Source of the DNA: Carcharhinus amblyrhynchos
Taxonomy: Eukaryota
Assembly (NCBI GenBank): GCA_965287045.1
Contig: OZ336885.1
Location: forward strand, 61,876,001 to 61,940,000
DNA: 64,000 nt
Direction: 5' to 3'
Of the stretch, positions 1 to 11,210 are shown one piece after another. The position numbers and the translations under genes were made by a program. The notes beneath the pieces are model-generated. The model was not told the origin of the DNA. It did not search any database and worked only from the letters and a program-made list of their open reading frames with translations. How positions within the stretch are numbered: the first letter of the stretch is position 1; every line of letters starts with the position of its first letter.

Positions 1-94
1 ATAACTACTATTTATTTGGTTTTCGTTGTGTACGTCAGATTCATTGGAGACGTTTGTCACTCTATCTCAGACCTACTTCAAAGAATCACAAAAA

Positions 95-1560
95 ACTGCA
101 ATGCTGGAGAGCCCATCTGTTCATCGAGTCTGGACAAAAGAATGAACTCAGCTGCTGACGTGTCCACCTCATCCCATTTGCCTGCATTTGGCTCATAGCC
201 CTGAACGGTACGGCGTGATAAGTACACATGCAAACAATTTCCAATGGATGTGAGTCATCACACCCGTATCAGTCTCTGAGGGAGTGCATTGAAGGTCATC
301 CCCACCTTCGAGGTAAAAATGGTTTTCCCTCAAATCCACCCCAACTCTCAAACACTTCACATTTGACTGACGGTTCAAATAAGCAGAACAACTGCTACAT
401 ATCAACTTTGTCCAGACTCCTTGTACGCTGGAACATCTTCATCAGGTCGTCCCAAGTCGTTTGTGCATCAAAGGGAAAAACAAAACAAAACAAAAAGATC
501 CAGCCTGTCTTTATGACCAAACTGTTCCATCCCAGGCAAAATCCTGGGGAATGTACTCTGCACTCCTTCCAGTGTGATCGTATTTCCCCTATAATGTGAC
601 AAACAGAACTGTACAAAGTACTTCAGTTGCTGTCCCCTCAAAGTTCGATACAATTCCATCATGACTTTCCATTTTTTGTGATCTATACACCCATTGAGGA
701 AGGCGAGTGAGCAACATGCCTTTTCTTCATCCTATAAAGCTGAGGTATAGGAAAAACACGCCGATATCCCTTTCATCATCCAAACTTTGTTGTGTCAGAA
801 CTTTTATACTTTCCTGTCATGATTCACTTGACATTTTTACGTTAAATTGCATCTGTAATTTACCTGTCAATTTGAAAATCTTGTTTATAGCTTCCTGTCA
901 AACAAAAATCTCGACCTCATTTTTAACAGCCCAGTCAATTGCCGTGTCATGGGCAAACATACTTATCTAACATTCCGCATTGTCATATATGTCAATAATT
1001 TCAATAGCGAATAATAGGGGGCACGGCACAGATGCCTGCAGTATGCCAATGGTCACGGACCTGCAGTCACTAAAGCAGCAGTCTGCCAACACACTCTATC
1101 TCTTATCGTTGAGCCAACTATGAATCCAACTAATCAGGTCACTGTGCATCCAATCTGCATTTGTCTTCCTGATACTCTCCCAGGAGGGACATTTTCAAAG
1201 GTGTTGCTGAAATCACGTAAGATACGTCAACCACAATACCCTCATCCACACATTGGGTACATGCTCACAAAATTCAATCATGATTATTGGGCATGACGTC
1301 CCTCTCTCAAAACCATGTTGACTATTATCCTGCCCAAACGTTGCTTCTGCAAACGGAGATAGCATTGCTCCTTCAGAATCGTCTCCATCAATCTCGTAAC
1401 CATGTACGATAAACTCACTCGCCTGTTGTCCCCTGTCTTGCCGCTACAATCTGTAATAAATACTGGGGAAACAATAGTTGCTCTCCTGTTTCCTGGCACC
1501 TCCTTGGTGGCCAGGTAGGAATTAAAACTAAGCTCAGAGGCCCATAGAATTACAATTCAT
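95..1560 (-). mobile_element. Old CR1 LINE fragment (ORF2 RT/3' part, degenerate)
   Basis: ORF 468-662 MELYRTLRGQQLKYFVQF resembles CR1 LQLYRTLVRPQLEYCVQF; further decayed RT-like segments up to ~1560; many stops. Confidence 0.8.
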
Positions 1561-3902
1561 ATTTGCAGCTCAGGGTGGAGCTTGTGCTTCGATTGTATCA
1601 AAGTGTTGCACGTACATACAAGACACACCAAAGAGCATAGTTGTTTTGGTTACACACATTCGAAAGGATGTCGAGAAGCTGAAAGAGCCAACATTTCTTT
1701 TTCTATTGGACTGGGCGACTGACGGGATGGATTCATTGGAGACGGATATAATGCAAGGTTTAGTGCATATCCTCACTTTTCCTCCAATAATCGTTGTGGT
1801 TGTAAGAACGATTAAATGTTGCTTTTATTTGGCAAAATAATCTATGGTGAGTGTAGCAGCAGTAGCATCCATAGAGGAGGACAAGGAAATATCTCAATTC
1901 CAAGCTCTCCTCCACAATATGAGAGTGTGTTCTGTCAAACATCTCTACAACGGATTGAATGAAAAATTACTTTTACTTATGATTTTGAATAGTAGTAAGT
2001 TTTTTGATTCCGATGCAGTTACATGCAATCCATAGAATAATAGTAATGACAACAAAGCTTAGCAAGGAAGAAATCAAGAAATCCATCACTTCTTTAGGGT
2101 TACGGGACTTTTCCTTTTTCTCTGGCCTCGTATCGGGTAAGCCAGTGGCCTGGAAGGGCGGGGCGGGGGTGGGTGGGGGCGGTCCGAACTTGGAGATTTC
2201 TAAGTAGTTAATAAGGCGCTTAAACAGAATACATAAGGCATTGACAGGATTACCAGAAAGAGTTATGATGCTCGAAACAAGTTAGTAAGATAACGAGAGA
2301 AAAGATTACACATATGTGAATGCACGACGAGAATTAAACAAGGGAGTTTTGATTTGTAACAACAAACTGATGTTTCAAGGCATTTTAACTATTGTATAAA
2401 TCATTGCACCCTTCAGCTGAAAGCAGGTCCCCGCAATGTTGATGGCAAATGCAAAGAGTTCAAAACGAAATGTACAGGAGCCCCAGCATTAACAAAATAG
2501 ATACCCAAAAGCTCTGTTTTATGTAGGAACACTTGTCACATCATTTATGGATCGGAATATACGTTACTAGATATGTTTTGGAAGAATGCAAGGTTTAGTG
2601 TATATCCTGGCTTTTCCTCCAATAATCGTTGTGTGTGTATGATGGTGATGGTGCCGACCCAGTTTGGCGATGATTCTTTGGGAACATTCATGTTGACCTC
2701 TGTAGTAGGCCTCTGAGTTAATCAAGCAACAGGGAAATGGCTATAGCCGAGCGGGTTTTCAGCGTCCGAATTGAATGGAAGAATAAAATATCATGAAGCT
2801 AGATGGGGCAATGAAAATGGCTGAAGTGAACGTCAGGGATTGTTTTTGATTCCTTTATCCTAAGTGTAAAATATTTTATGCGAATGTAAGTTGTGCTTGA
2901 TCGGGAAGAAGGGTTATACTTGATATGCTTTTTGATTGCAGATGCCAGATTCATTGGAGACGTTTTGTCATTTTATCTCCGACCTCCTTAACAGTTGTTG
3001 ATCTCCCTGTCTATACTTATTTCTCTTTTAAATCACGTGACATATTTATATTTATATATCTGCCTCTTGAGTTTTGTTTTCTCCACAGTTGAGTGAGTAC
3101 CGTTCATTTCGATTTACCTCACAACAAGGGACATTCAATTAAATAACACCGCTGATATTTTAGTTGAACTGTTAAATCGAGGCCATCATTTCCCTCTCTG
3201 CTGACGAAATGAAACCAAGACACTTTTTGATGGAAGGCAATCTGAACTAAATTCTTGTCCTGGACGTGGTGATTCAAAAGGCGCATAAAGAAACACGTGG
3301 TCCGTTTTGTTGACAATAGTGGTATCAGAAATGTATGTGAGCAGCAGTGTTGTTCTCTTTCCAGAAATGCCGCAGTGTAATGTGTTTTAACTGTACTTCA
3401 TCGGTGTCAATACTGACCTGAACATACATAAAACGTCCTATCAAAAACAAATATGTTGTTTGTCACATCATACCCTGACTTTCTAGAAAGGTAGAAATTC
3501 AAATTGGTTTCAATAAAGAGACTTATCCCTCAAGTGTTACGATATCTCACTGATTAGTTAGGGTAGCAGGAGGCATGCATCTTCTTCTCACTGCTCGAAC
3601 ACATAGTATGCCCATAATTTTATAACCATTTCCTTTGTGTAAAAAAAAATCTTTTGGTGCCAATGCCATGAACATGCATTCTGCGTATTGAACATGCATT
3701 CTTTATTGTTTTTTGATTCCTTCAAAAGGTAATTCAAACTGAGTGAAGCACACAAATGACATGTGTGTGGACAATTCACAAGAAAGAATAATTTAAAATG
3801 CACAACAAAATTTTGGCCACCTCTACCTTTTTTTTAATATATTCGATGTTAGATGTTGCTTTCTGAGACACTGAATAATCATCTCCCGCCACGTTATAGC
3901 TC

Positions 3903-3903
<1 letters not shown>

Positions 3904-3953
<50 letters not shown>

Positions 3954-3966
3954 TCTCTCTCTCTCT
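3904..3966. repeat. (CT)n microsatellite
   Basis: Visible directly. Confidence 0.97.
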
Positions 3967-4419
3967 TATTTTCACTAAATCTCTAGATACCCCTTTGTGG
4001 TTCTGTTGCAAAATTTCCACAATTCTCTAATTTCATTACAGCAGGATATGTTGTAACTTCTTTACGCAAGTTGTGCGTCATGAATTATACACATTCTAAT
4101 CATAAATAGAAAAAAAAGCTGTCGCATCGTTCACGAATGTCCTGCATACAAGTTTTCAACGTACACCCCCCCCCCACCCCGTTTCATCGCAAATGCATGA
4201 TATTATGTACTGATATGCCCAATGCCATGCCCTCATCTCCTGTAGATTTTAAAGTTGAACTTAGTTCCAGATCTATACTTTCGTTTCAAATCCAAATTGA
4301 ATTGTTTACCTTTCTCCATCTTTCTTCCAAAACATACATAAATTGCATACTATATACAAAGCTCAAGGACTTGTTCAGTCACAATTTCCTTTAGCATCGT
4401 TTTAAACCAAAAAGATCAC

Positions 4420-4490
4420 GGAATCATAGGAGGGAATATCTTAGAGACAGAAGGAGGAATTTGGCCCATCGTGTCAGCACAGACCAAAAT
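4420..4490 (-). mobile_element. 3' tail of a tRNA/V-type SINE split by the provirus
   Basis: gaatcatag...acagaaggagg...ttggcccatcgtgtc is a CR1-derived SINE tail; the element resumes at 9074. Confidence 0.6.
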
Positions 4491-4961
4491 TGTCCATAAA
4501 TAATACCTCTGCGACCAGTCGTGAGTCAAAGTGAAGCTGGTTTATTACAAAAGCATTTGGGAGAAGCCCTGTTCCTAAAGCCGTTCACCAGACTTCTCCC
4601 CAAACAAAAGAGTAATTTTTTATACATCCCGGTTCTTCCCCCTTGTGAAGTCCAGAATTCTCCAGGATGTCTGTCATTGTTTGCTATCCATCATGTGGTT
4701 ATTGCTGCCTCAGCGGATTTATCGTTTGTGTAGTTTATTGTAATTGTAGCTGCCGTGGTTGTCTCTGTTCTGTTCTTCTATTGTGATTAGCCATCGTCAC
4801 ATCTCAAAACCTATGGTTTTTTAACCAGCGTGCAAGACTACAATTTCTCGCACACACAGGTTAACTGGCATACAAGATTAACGGGGTGCAAAAACAAGTC
4901 TTGCAAGGATTTGCACAAATCTTTAACTATTTTGAAGCTCATTGACCCCTTATCTCCTTCA
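4491..4961 (-). repeat. 3' LTR of ERV1
   Basis: Minus strand starts TGAAGGAGA directly after the PPT and ends ...GGACA; AATAAA present; aligns with 8592-9073 (shared atccatcatgtggttattgctgcctcagc). Confidence 0.9.
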
Positions 4962-4973
4962 TTCCCCCCCTTT
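4962..4973 (-). promoter_or_regulatory. Polypurine tract of ERV1
   Basis: Minus strand AAAGGGGGGGAA immediately before the TG of the 3' LTR. Confidence 0.9.
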
Positions 4974-5049
4974 AAAAGCTCGGCACCATGACCAATTTTG
5001 AACCAAAAGTTACCAGTATGTGGGCCCAGCTCCTTTGTCAGGAGGTCTG

Positions 5050-6530
5050 CCACCTCTGTTTGTACGCGTGTTCCTGGTATAACCAGGGTTGTTACTGTTT
5101 TACATCAGGTGGTCAATAATGTCATTCAAACCCGGCAAAAAAATAGCAATTACAATTGATACAATCAATCCATGCATCAGGTATGGACCCCAGGACCCGA
5201 ACAATTGCCTCAGCCACCCCGGAGAGTTATAATTGAGATATTGGATCTCCCCGTCCTGTATTGTTTTCGCTACATGCTTAATATGATCTGCGAAGCGAGT
5301 TCTATTCTCTGGAGCATCTGGAATATATGTGCAGCATTCAGAGACAACTAAAGCGCATGTCCCTCCTTTGGAAGTTAGCACATAATCAGGTGCCAGTGGA
5401 TTCTGTAACACAACAGTTCCGAATAGCTATGACATCTACTGATGCCTCGGAGATGGCTACGCTCACTTCTTTGAACCCGTGTCTAGTCACATTTGTGATT
5501 CTCTCTAAGGTCGCATCCATGCGTATAAATTATTGTGCTGTCTTTGCCATCCCAGAAGAGGATAGACTATCATGAAGAACGGTGTTGTTTCACGAATGGC
5601 TCGCGTAGCCCGGTGCAGGTGTATCTCGGGGTGATCCTGTATGTCGTTGTAATGGTGAAGGTAGGACATCAAAAATGCTTAATAACACGATCCTGCCCAA
5701 TCCCAGGGAAGCCACAAGTAGGCATTGCTTCCGCAGACAAAATATATACCATTATATGCAGACATATGCTCACATAAGTAGAGGAGAGGTTGATCGGAAC
5801 ATCAGCTGTGGATTGTAATCTGTTGCACCAAGTCCCAGGCGTCACTTGTGACATTACCCTGCTGAGCACATTAGCTATGGCCAACAGACATGGTTCAGTT
5901 TTGTGCCAATCAGATACATCCTTTTTGTTGATTTTCTTTCTACAATGAAGTGTGAAGGGTAGTCTGATTTTTATAGCTAGACTGGCAATGTTTTGTAAAG
6001 GCTGACAGAGAACACCATCCTCCCCGAACAAGGAAGCAGCATGGCATTTGCTGTCATTGAAAGTACATTGCATAGTGGTACCAGGTGGGGCTTTAACTGT
6101 TACATTCCCAGCCCCGACCTGTGCTCCATCCCCATTCAAAATACATTCTACCATTTCTGGAGTTGACACAGGGATAGGGAAAAAAGGACTTCCCCCCTTT
6201 CCTCCATTCATGGGAATGTGTGAGCAGACCCAGCAGTTGTTCCAAGTTTTTCTGTAGTGCACACAAGTGAGACATATACATCACGTGAGTGGGTCCGATT
6301 TTAACGGATTGGTGGAATTACCTCATTGCACTCATTCCCCCGAGCCCTCTGCTGTTGCTGAGCACAGGTCCACCCCGGTCCCTCAGCCAAACACCAGAAA
6401 TTCCAGTTACACCAAGTTACATTGAATTGATGACCCCAATCACTTCGCCCCGACAACAGAGTTGGCAATATGCTTCGGTTAAGGAATTCCGAGTAGCGTT
6501 CCCTACGGATTACCTACCAGGGGCTTATTC
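5050..6530 (-). pseudogene. env: Retroviral envelope, gamma-type (SU+TM), disrupted
   Basis: SU NNCWVC (CxxC) in ORF 5669-6262; RATR furin-like site near 5605; TM ISD-like LQNPLAPDYVLTSKGGTC, CX6CC (CALVVSECC) and hydrophobic anchor in ORF 5100-5411; stops and frameshifts; start position uncertain. Confidence 0.9.
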
Positions 6531-6727
6531 CATGTGTCGGATGTTTACAATAGACAGAGTCATCGTTGCAGAGATGCTTGTGATGCTCTATCCCCAAGTC
6601 TACACATTTCCATCTATACTTTCCCTCCGTGGTTGACAGGGCAAGGGTCGTGAGAAGCAGCAAGAGAAACTTTTCATCACTTAACTATAACCCACCCCAC
6701 TTAGTACAATGGTTCAAAGGCTTTATC

Positions 6728-6817
6728 GCCCGCTCGCAATTTCCCGTGAACCCGTTCGCCCGAGCGCAACTTCTCCCGAACCCTTTTGCCCTCACGCAAC
6801 TTCCTACAAACACCTTC
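6728..6817. repeat. Three 30-bp tandem repeats between integrase tail and env
   Basis: gcccgctcgcaatttcccgtgaacccgttc / gcccgagcgcaacttctcccgaaccctttt / gccctcacgcaacttcctacaaacaccttc. Confidence 0.85.
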
Positions 6818-6889
6818 AGCTTGCATGGAAGTCAGACATCTAACATATCAGTGAATTGATCTCAGGACTTTTTTTTCCCCCAATTGGTG

Positions 6890-7070
6890 CCAGCGTATTC
6901 TTTCAACTGAGACCAATGTTTCCAGACGCCCATGCCATGCACATCTGTGCAAACACAGATATTTCCACTGATAATAACCTCAGCGGGCCTATTCCATTTG
7001 GGGGCGAACACCCGGTTGTCTGAATAATGTCTTTAGCATAACATTACTGCCTGCCGGATGTACCTCAGGG
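6890..7070 (-). pseudogene. pol: Integrase C-terminal remnant
   Basis: Hand translation FAPKWNRPAEVIISGNICVCTDVHGMGVWKHWSQLK fits the retroviral IN C-terminal pattern (W.GP..V....W.H.S.LK). Confidence 0.75.
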
Positions 7071-7199
7071 GTTTGTCATGTCTCACAATCCAGCGTGGCT
7101 ACACACCGGGGTAATATGGTCACTATGGGGCCCTCGATCATAGTGTAACATGCTACTGGCCAGTGTTTGTCCCCGTAGGTTTTTGTCACAGACACCGAA

Positions 7200-8123
7200 T
7201 AAAACCCTCCTTCATTATTACAATAAATTTAAAAATCTTTACTGGCGTCTGGTAACCCAAGTCTGGGGACCGACACTCATCCTGCCATTAGGATACTATA
7301 GGCTTCTACCTGTTCTGGCCCCCATTCCACAATTTCTAAAGCGGTTGTTCCCCCCTCCACCAACTTGTGTGTTGGGTAAGCTCATTTAGCAAATTCCTGG
7401 AACAGACAATTCTCATTTTGAAGAATTTTTGGTGAGCAGGTGACAACCCGTGTTTAAATGCTTTTAAAAACGTTTTATCTCTTTGGGCAATTTCGTGAAT
7501 TCCTGAACAATTTTTGGTATACTTTACAGAGCCACTGCTCAAATTCAAAGGTTCCTTCACCCCTTTGTTTATAGTATTGGTAATTCTAGACCAGTTGGTT
7601 GGTAAGTTGCCCAAGGCTCGTTGGACTTCTGCTTTAAACTGATCAAATGTCTCCATCATTGCACGGAGCTCAGCGTTTAACTCTAAATCAAACAGTCCCA
7701 TGGGTGCCCTGAGTTCTATGGCTGGCCCACAGGGAGGCAAGGATCCCCAGCCGGGGTTCTCTAAAATTTTGTTTCTCTTTTCGAGTTCTCTATTGCGTGC
7801 TTCTAAGATTTTGATTTTTGCTTTTTCATCAACCAATTTCCTACCCGAAACTGAGACCTGTTCAGTTAATCTGGCCAATGGGTGAACTGAGATAGCTCCA
7901 ATTTTCTTTTTTCTGTCCTTTTCTTTTCATTTTCCAACGATTTCTATTTTTGGGCTAGCAGATGGGATGGATCACACTCCACTTGTCTCATCTGATTAAT
8001 GAATTAGTCCCACTCAGTCATATATCCGTTTATCAGAGATCCTGGGGTTCCCCACTGCCCTTGTGATCCCGCCATGATACAGATGAGTTTATACTCACCA
8101 CCTGGAGCTTTCTGTTCTCCCAT
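7200..8123 (-). pseudogene. gag: gag remnant of ERV1 with coiled-coil segment
   Basis: Lies downstream of the PBS; MGEQK start at 8123; ORF 7336-7878 with heptad-like KIKILEARNRELEKRNKILE and capsid-like NWSRIT / FKHGLSP. Confidence 0.65.
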
Positions 8124-8570
8124 TCTCCATTCTCACTCTCCCCCTCCTAGGTCAATTTTATCAGAGTCTGGTGCTATCCTTTCAGGGGTGATCAGATCCC
8201 TCCATACCATCGCTTATACTATTTCAAGCTTATTTTCCTACTACTCCAACGATCACTCAGACAACCTCGTTCTCACTCACGCCTGAATATCACACCCCAG
8301 GCATTTTTTTTTCCAGTCTCCACGCAGACTTCAAAATCTTAACCTTAGCGTGGGGGGGCGGGGTGCCGGGGGGTGGGGGGCTACCCCTCTTAACAACCAG
8401 CCTAAGGCTGGGTGTTAGAGACGGGTGGCTCCTTGTCCGTATGTGATCAGTTCAGACGTCCTTCAGTTACACACTTTCTCATCACAGACGATCACCTACT
8501 GAAGCATGACCCGCACTATTACGTTCGGTGATCTATCTGGAGCTCCAGTCAAGGGAGACCCGTAAACGAA

Positions 8571-8588
8571 TCTCGGGTTTCGGAACCA
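8571..8588 (-). promoter_or_regulatory. Primer-binding site, tRNA-Phe
   Basis: TGGTTCCGAAACCCGAGA vs Phe PBS TGGTGCCGAAACCCGGGA (16/18), 3 nt after the LTR CA. Confidence 0.88.
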
Positions 8589-8591
8589 ATT

Positions 8592-9073
8592 TGTTGTCGG
8601 TAAATAATACCTATGAGACCACTCAACAGTTAAAGCGCAGCAGATTTAAAAAAAAGATGGGAAGAAGCCCAGTTCCTAAAGTGGTTCATCAGAGTTCTCC
8701 CCGAACACTAGTAACAATATGATGTTGTAAATATTGATTTCCGCTACGAGTCACGCTCGCAGTTCTCCATGATGTGTGTCATGGTGCACCATCCATCATG
8801 TGGTTATTGCTGCCTCAGCAGTTTCATCCTTTGCCTAGTCCATTGTAATCGTAGCTGTCTGAGTGCCACGACTGTCTCCGTTCTGTTCCTCTAGTGTGAT
8901 TAGCTCTTCGTGCATCTCAGCACCTGCGGTTTGTTTAGCCAGCACATAAGGCTGCAAGGTCACACAAACAAATTAATTGGCAGACACAGTTACAGGGGTG
9001 CAAAAACATGTCTTGCAAAGCTTTACACAAATCTTTAAGTATTACAAAGTTCATTAACCCGTTCCCTTCTACA
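8592..9073 (-). repeat. 5' LTR of ERV1
   Basis: Minus strand TGTAGAAGG...GACAACA; homologous to 4491-4961. Confidence 0.9.
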
Positions 9074-9335
9074 GCTGCAATGACACCCAGGCCTTATTCC
9101 AAAATCTATTTATCCTGCTAATTCACCTGATGTTAGCGTCATTTTAGCATGGTCAATGAAACTAATCCTCATAAGTTGAAGCGTGGAGGAAACCAGAACA
9201 CCTCGAGGAAACCCAAGCAGGCACCGGGAGAGCGTGTAAAATTTCACAAAGAAAGTTACCCAAGGCTAAATTTGAACCCGGTTCACAGACCAGTGCTAAG
9301 CGGTGTGAAAATCTACATGTCTCATCATAGCCTCT
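9074..9335 (-). mobile_element. Body and head of V/HE1-like SINE (continuation of 4420-4490)
   Basis: ggaggaaaccagaacacctcgaggaaacccaagcaggcaccgggagagcgtgtaaa is the reverse complement of the V-SINE core; B-box-like ttgaacccgg. Confidence 0.75.
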
Positions 9336-10265
9336 TTTAATTGAATATAATCATGACCATAATGGCAAAAAAATGGCAAAATTGAATTTATCTTACCTTC
9401 TCCTCCTCTTTCCTTTCCCGATTGTAAGTCTATTTATTATGTTTTTTTAACCACTTGTGTCTTTCCAAAATCCATAGAGTTTTCCAAGATTATGAACTGT
9501 TTTTTTTCCCCTCTTATTATGTCTCAACTTTTAAGAATCAAGGATGGCAGACCTTGGGACCTGAAAGATCTGTAATATTTAAATCCAGTATCGCTCAATA
9601 CTTTTTCTTTATCTCTTCAAATATACTGACTGCTTGTTTTTTTTTGGGGGGGGGGCTTTTGAGCAATTTTGCAATTCTCCCGACAAAACGAAAGGTTGGG
9701 GTCCCAACCTTGTCTCTGTCTGTAGGTACACTCTTCATTTCACATTTGCCACATTAAAAAAAATGCTAACACCTCGCCTGAAATAATATTAGTCGTTGTG
9801 TTTTTCCACTTCTGGAATTTTTGCATAGTGTATGTCCAAAATTATGTTCTCTGTCTATAAAGGAGAACAATCAATCGTAGTTGTTATGTACTCAAATGCT
9901 TAATTGTGTTTTTGGTATCAATCTGAGAATGTAACTCATTACGTTCTTTTCCAAGTGAACATAAAGGTTTGACAGTTATTCCGCTGCTGTTTTTGAAATT
10001 TTATTCATTTAAATCCTACTATTTCATACTTGTGGGCCAATTCTGCAACATACAATTTGTCTACTGGCCTATTTGAAGTCTTATATTGTGGAACAGTTTT
10101 CCATTTTTCCCCATTTCTAACCTGACAAATATTGACAGTGGATTTGATATGCGATGCATATAAAATCTGCTTGATAGCTAGTCACTTATTTCGATATTTC
10201 ATTATTGTAGATGGCTTCAAAATAATTTTAGAGTCTGAAGTGACTGCCTTCCAGCCGCACTCAAT

Positions 10266-11210
10266 TTGCGGATGACACCAAGGTTGTTGGAACGGCAAAT
10301 TGCGCGGAGGGTGTGGAAAGTCTGCAGAAGGATCTCGAAAAGGCTGGGCGAATGGGCCAGGAAATGGAAAATTGAATTTAATGTTGGCAAGTGCGAGGTG
10401 GTCCACTTTGGTAGGAATAATGATAGGAAGGACTATTACTTACGTGGCGAAAAACTGCAGCAGGCGACGGTGCAGAGGGACCTCGGGGTCCTTGTGCATG
10501 AGTCGCAAAAACCCAGCCTGCAGGTGCAGCAGGTGGTCAGGAAGGTTAATGGGATGCTGGCCTTCATAGCGAGGGGGATTGAATATAAAATTAGGGAGGT
10601 CTTGCTGCGACTGTATAGGACATTGGTGAGGCCGCAGCTGGAGTACTGTGTGCAGTTTTGGTCGCCATACTTACGCAAGGATATTTTGGCCTTGGAGGGA
10701 GTGCAGAGGAGGTTTACTAGGCTGATACCGGAGTTAAGGGGGTTGAGCTAAGAGGAGAGGCTGAATAAACTGGGCTTGTGCTCGTTAGAGTTTAGAAGAA
10801 TGAGGGGAGATCTCATTGAGACATATAAGATGTTGAATGGGATGGATAGGATAGAGGTGGAGAGAGTCTTCCCGCTCAGAAAGGACAGTAGGACTCGGGG
10901 GCACAGCCTCAAGATAATGGGGGTGGGGGCGGTTTAGAACGGAGTTGAGGAGGAACTTCTTCACTCAAAGGGTGGTGAATCTCTGGAATTCTCTTCCCGT
11001 TGAGGTGGTGGAGGCTGCCTCGCTAAATATTTTTAAGACGCGGGTTGATGGGTTTTTGATAAGCGAGGGGATTAAGGGTTATGGGCAGAGGGCGGGAATG
11101 TGGAACTGAGCCACGACAAATCAGCCATCATCTTATTGAATGGCGGGGCAGGCTCGAAGGGCTAGATAGCCTACTCCTGCTCCTATTTCTTATGTTCTTA
11201 TGTTCTTATG
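10266..11210 (+). mobile_element. Young 5'-truncated CR1 LINE
   Basis: ORF 10266-10751 WARKWKIEFNVGKCEVVHFG...LYRTLVRPQLEYCVQFWSP; ends in (TTCTTATG)n tail; premature stop at 10749. Confidence 0.97.

Larger units (their letters stand above)
4491..9073 (-). mobile_element. Endogenous retrovirus 1, internally deleted (LTR-PBS-gag remnant-IN tail-env-PPT-LTR)
   Basis: Paired ~470-480 bp LTRs, PBS, PPT, env motifs and integrase C-terminus; no RT recognisable; ~4.6 kb total. Confidence 0.93.

Noticed and set aside
6728-6817. CRISPR-like array
   Set aside because: Head-to-tail degenerate repeats with no spacers, in a eukaryotic proviral context
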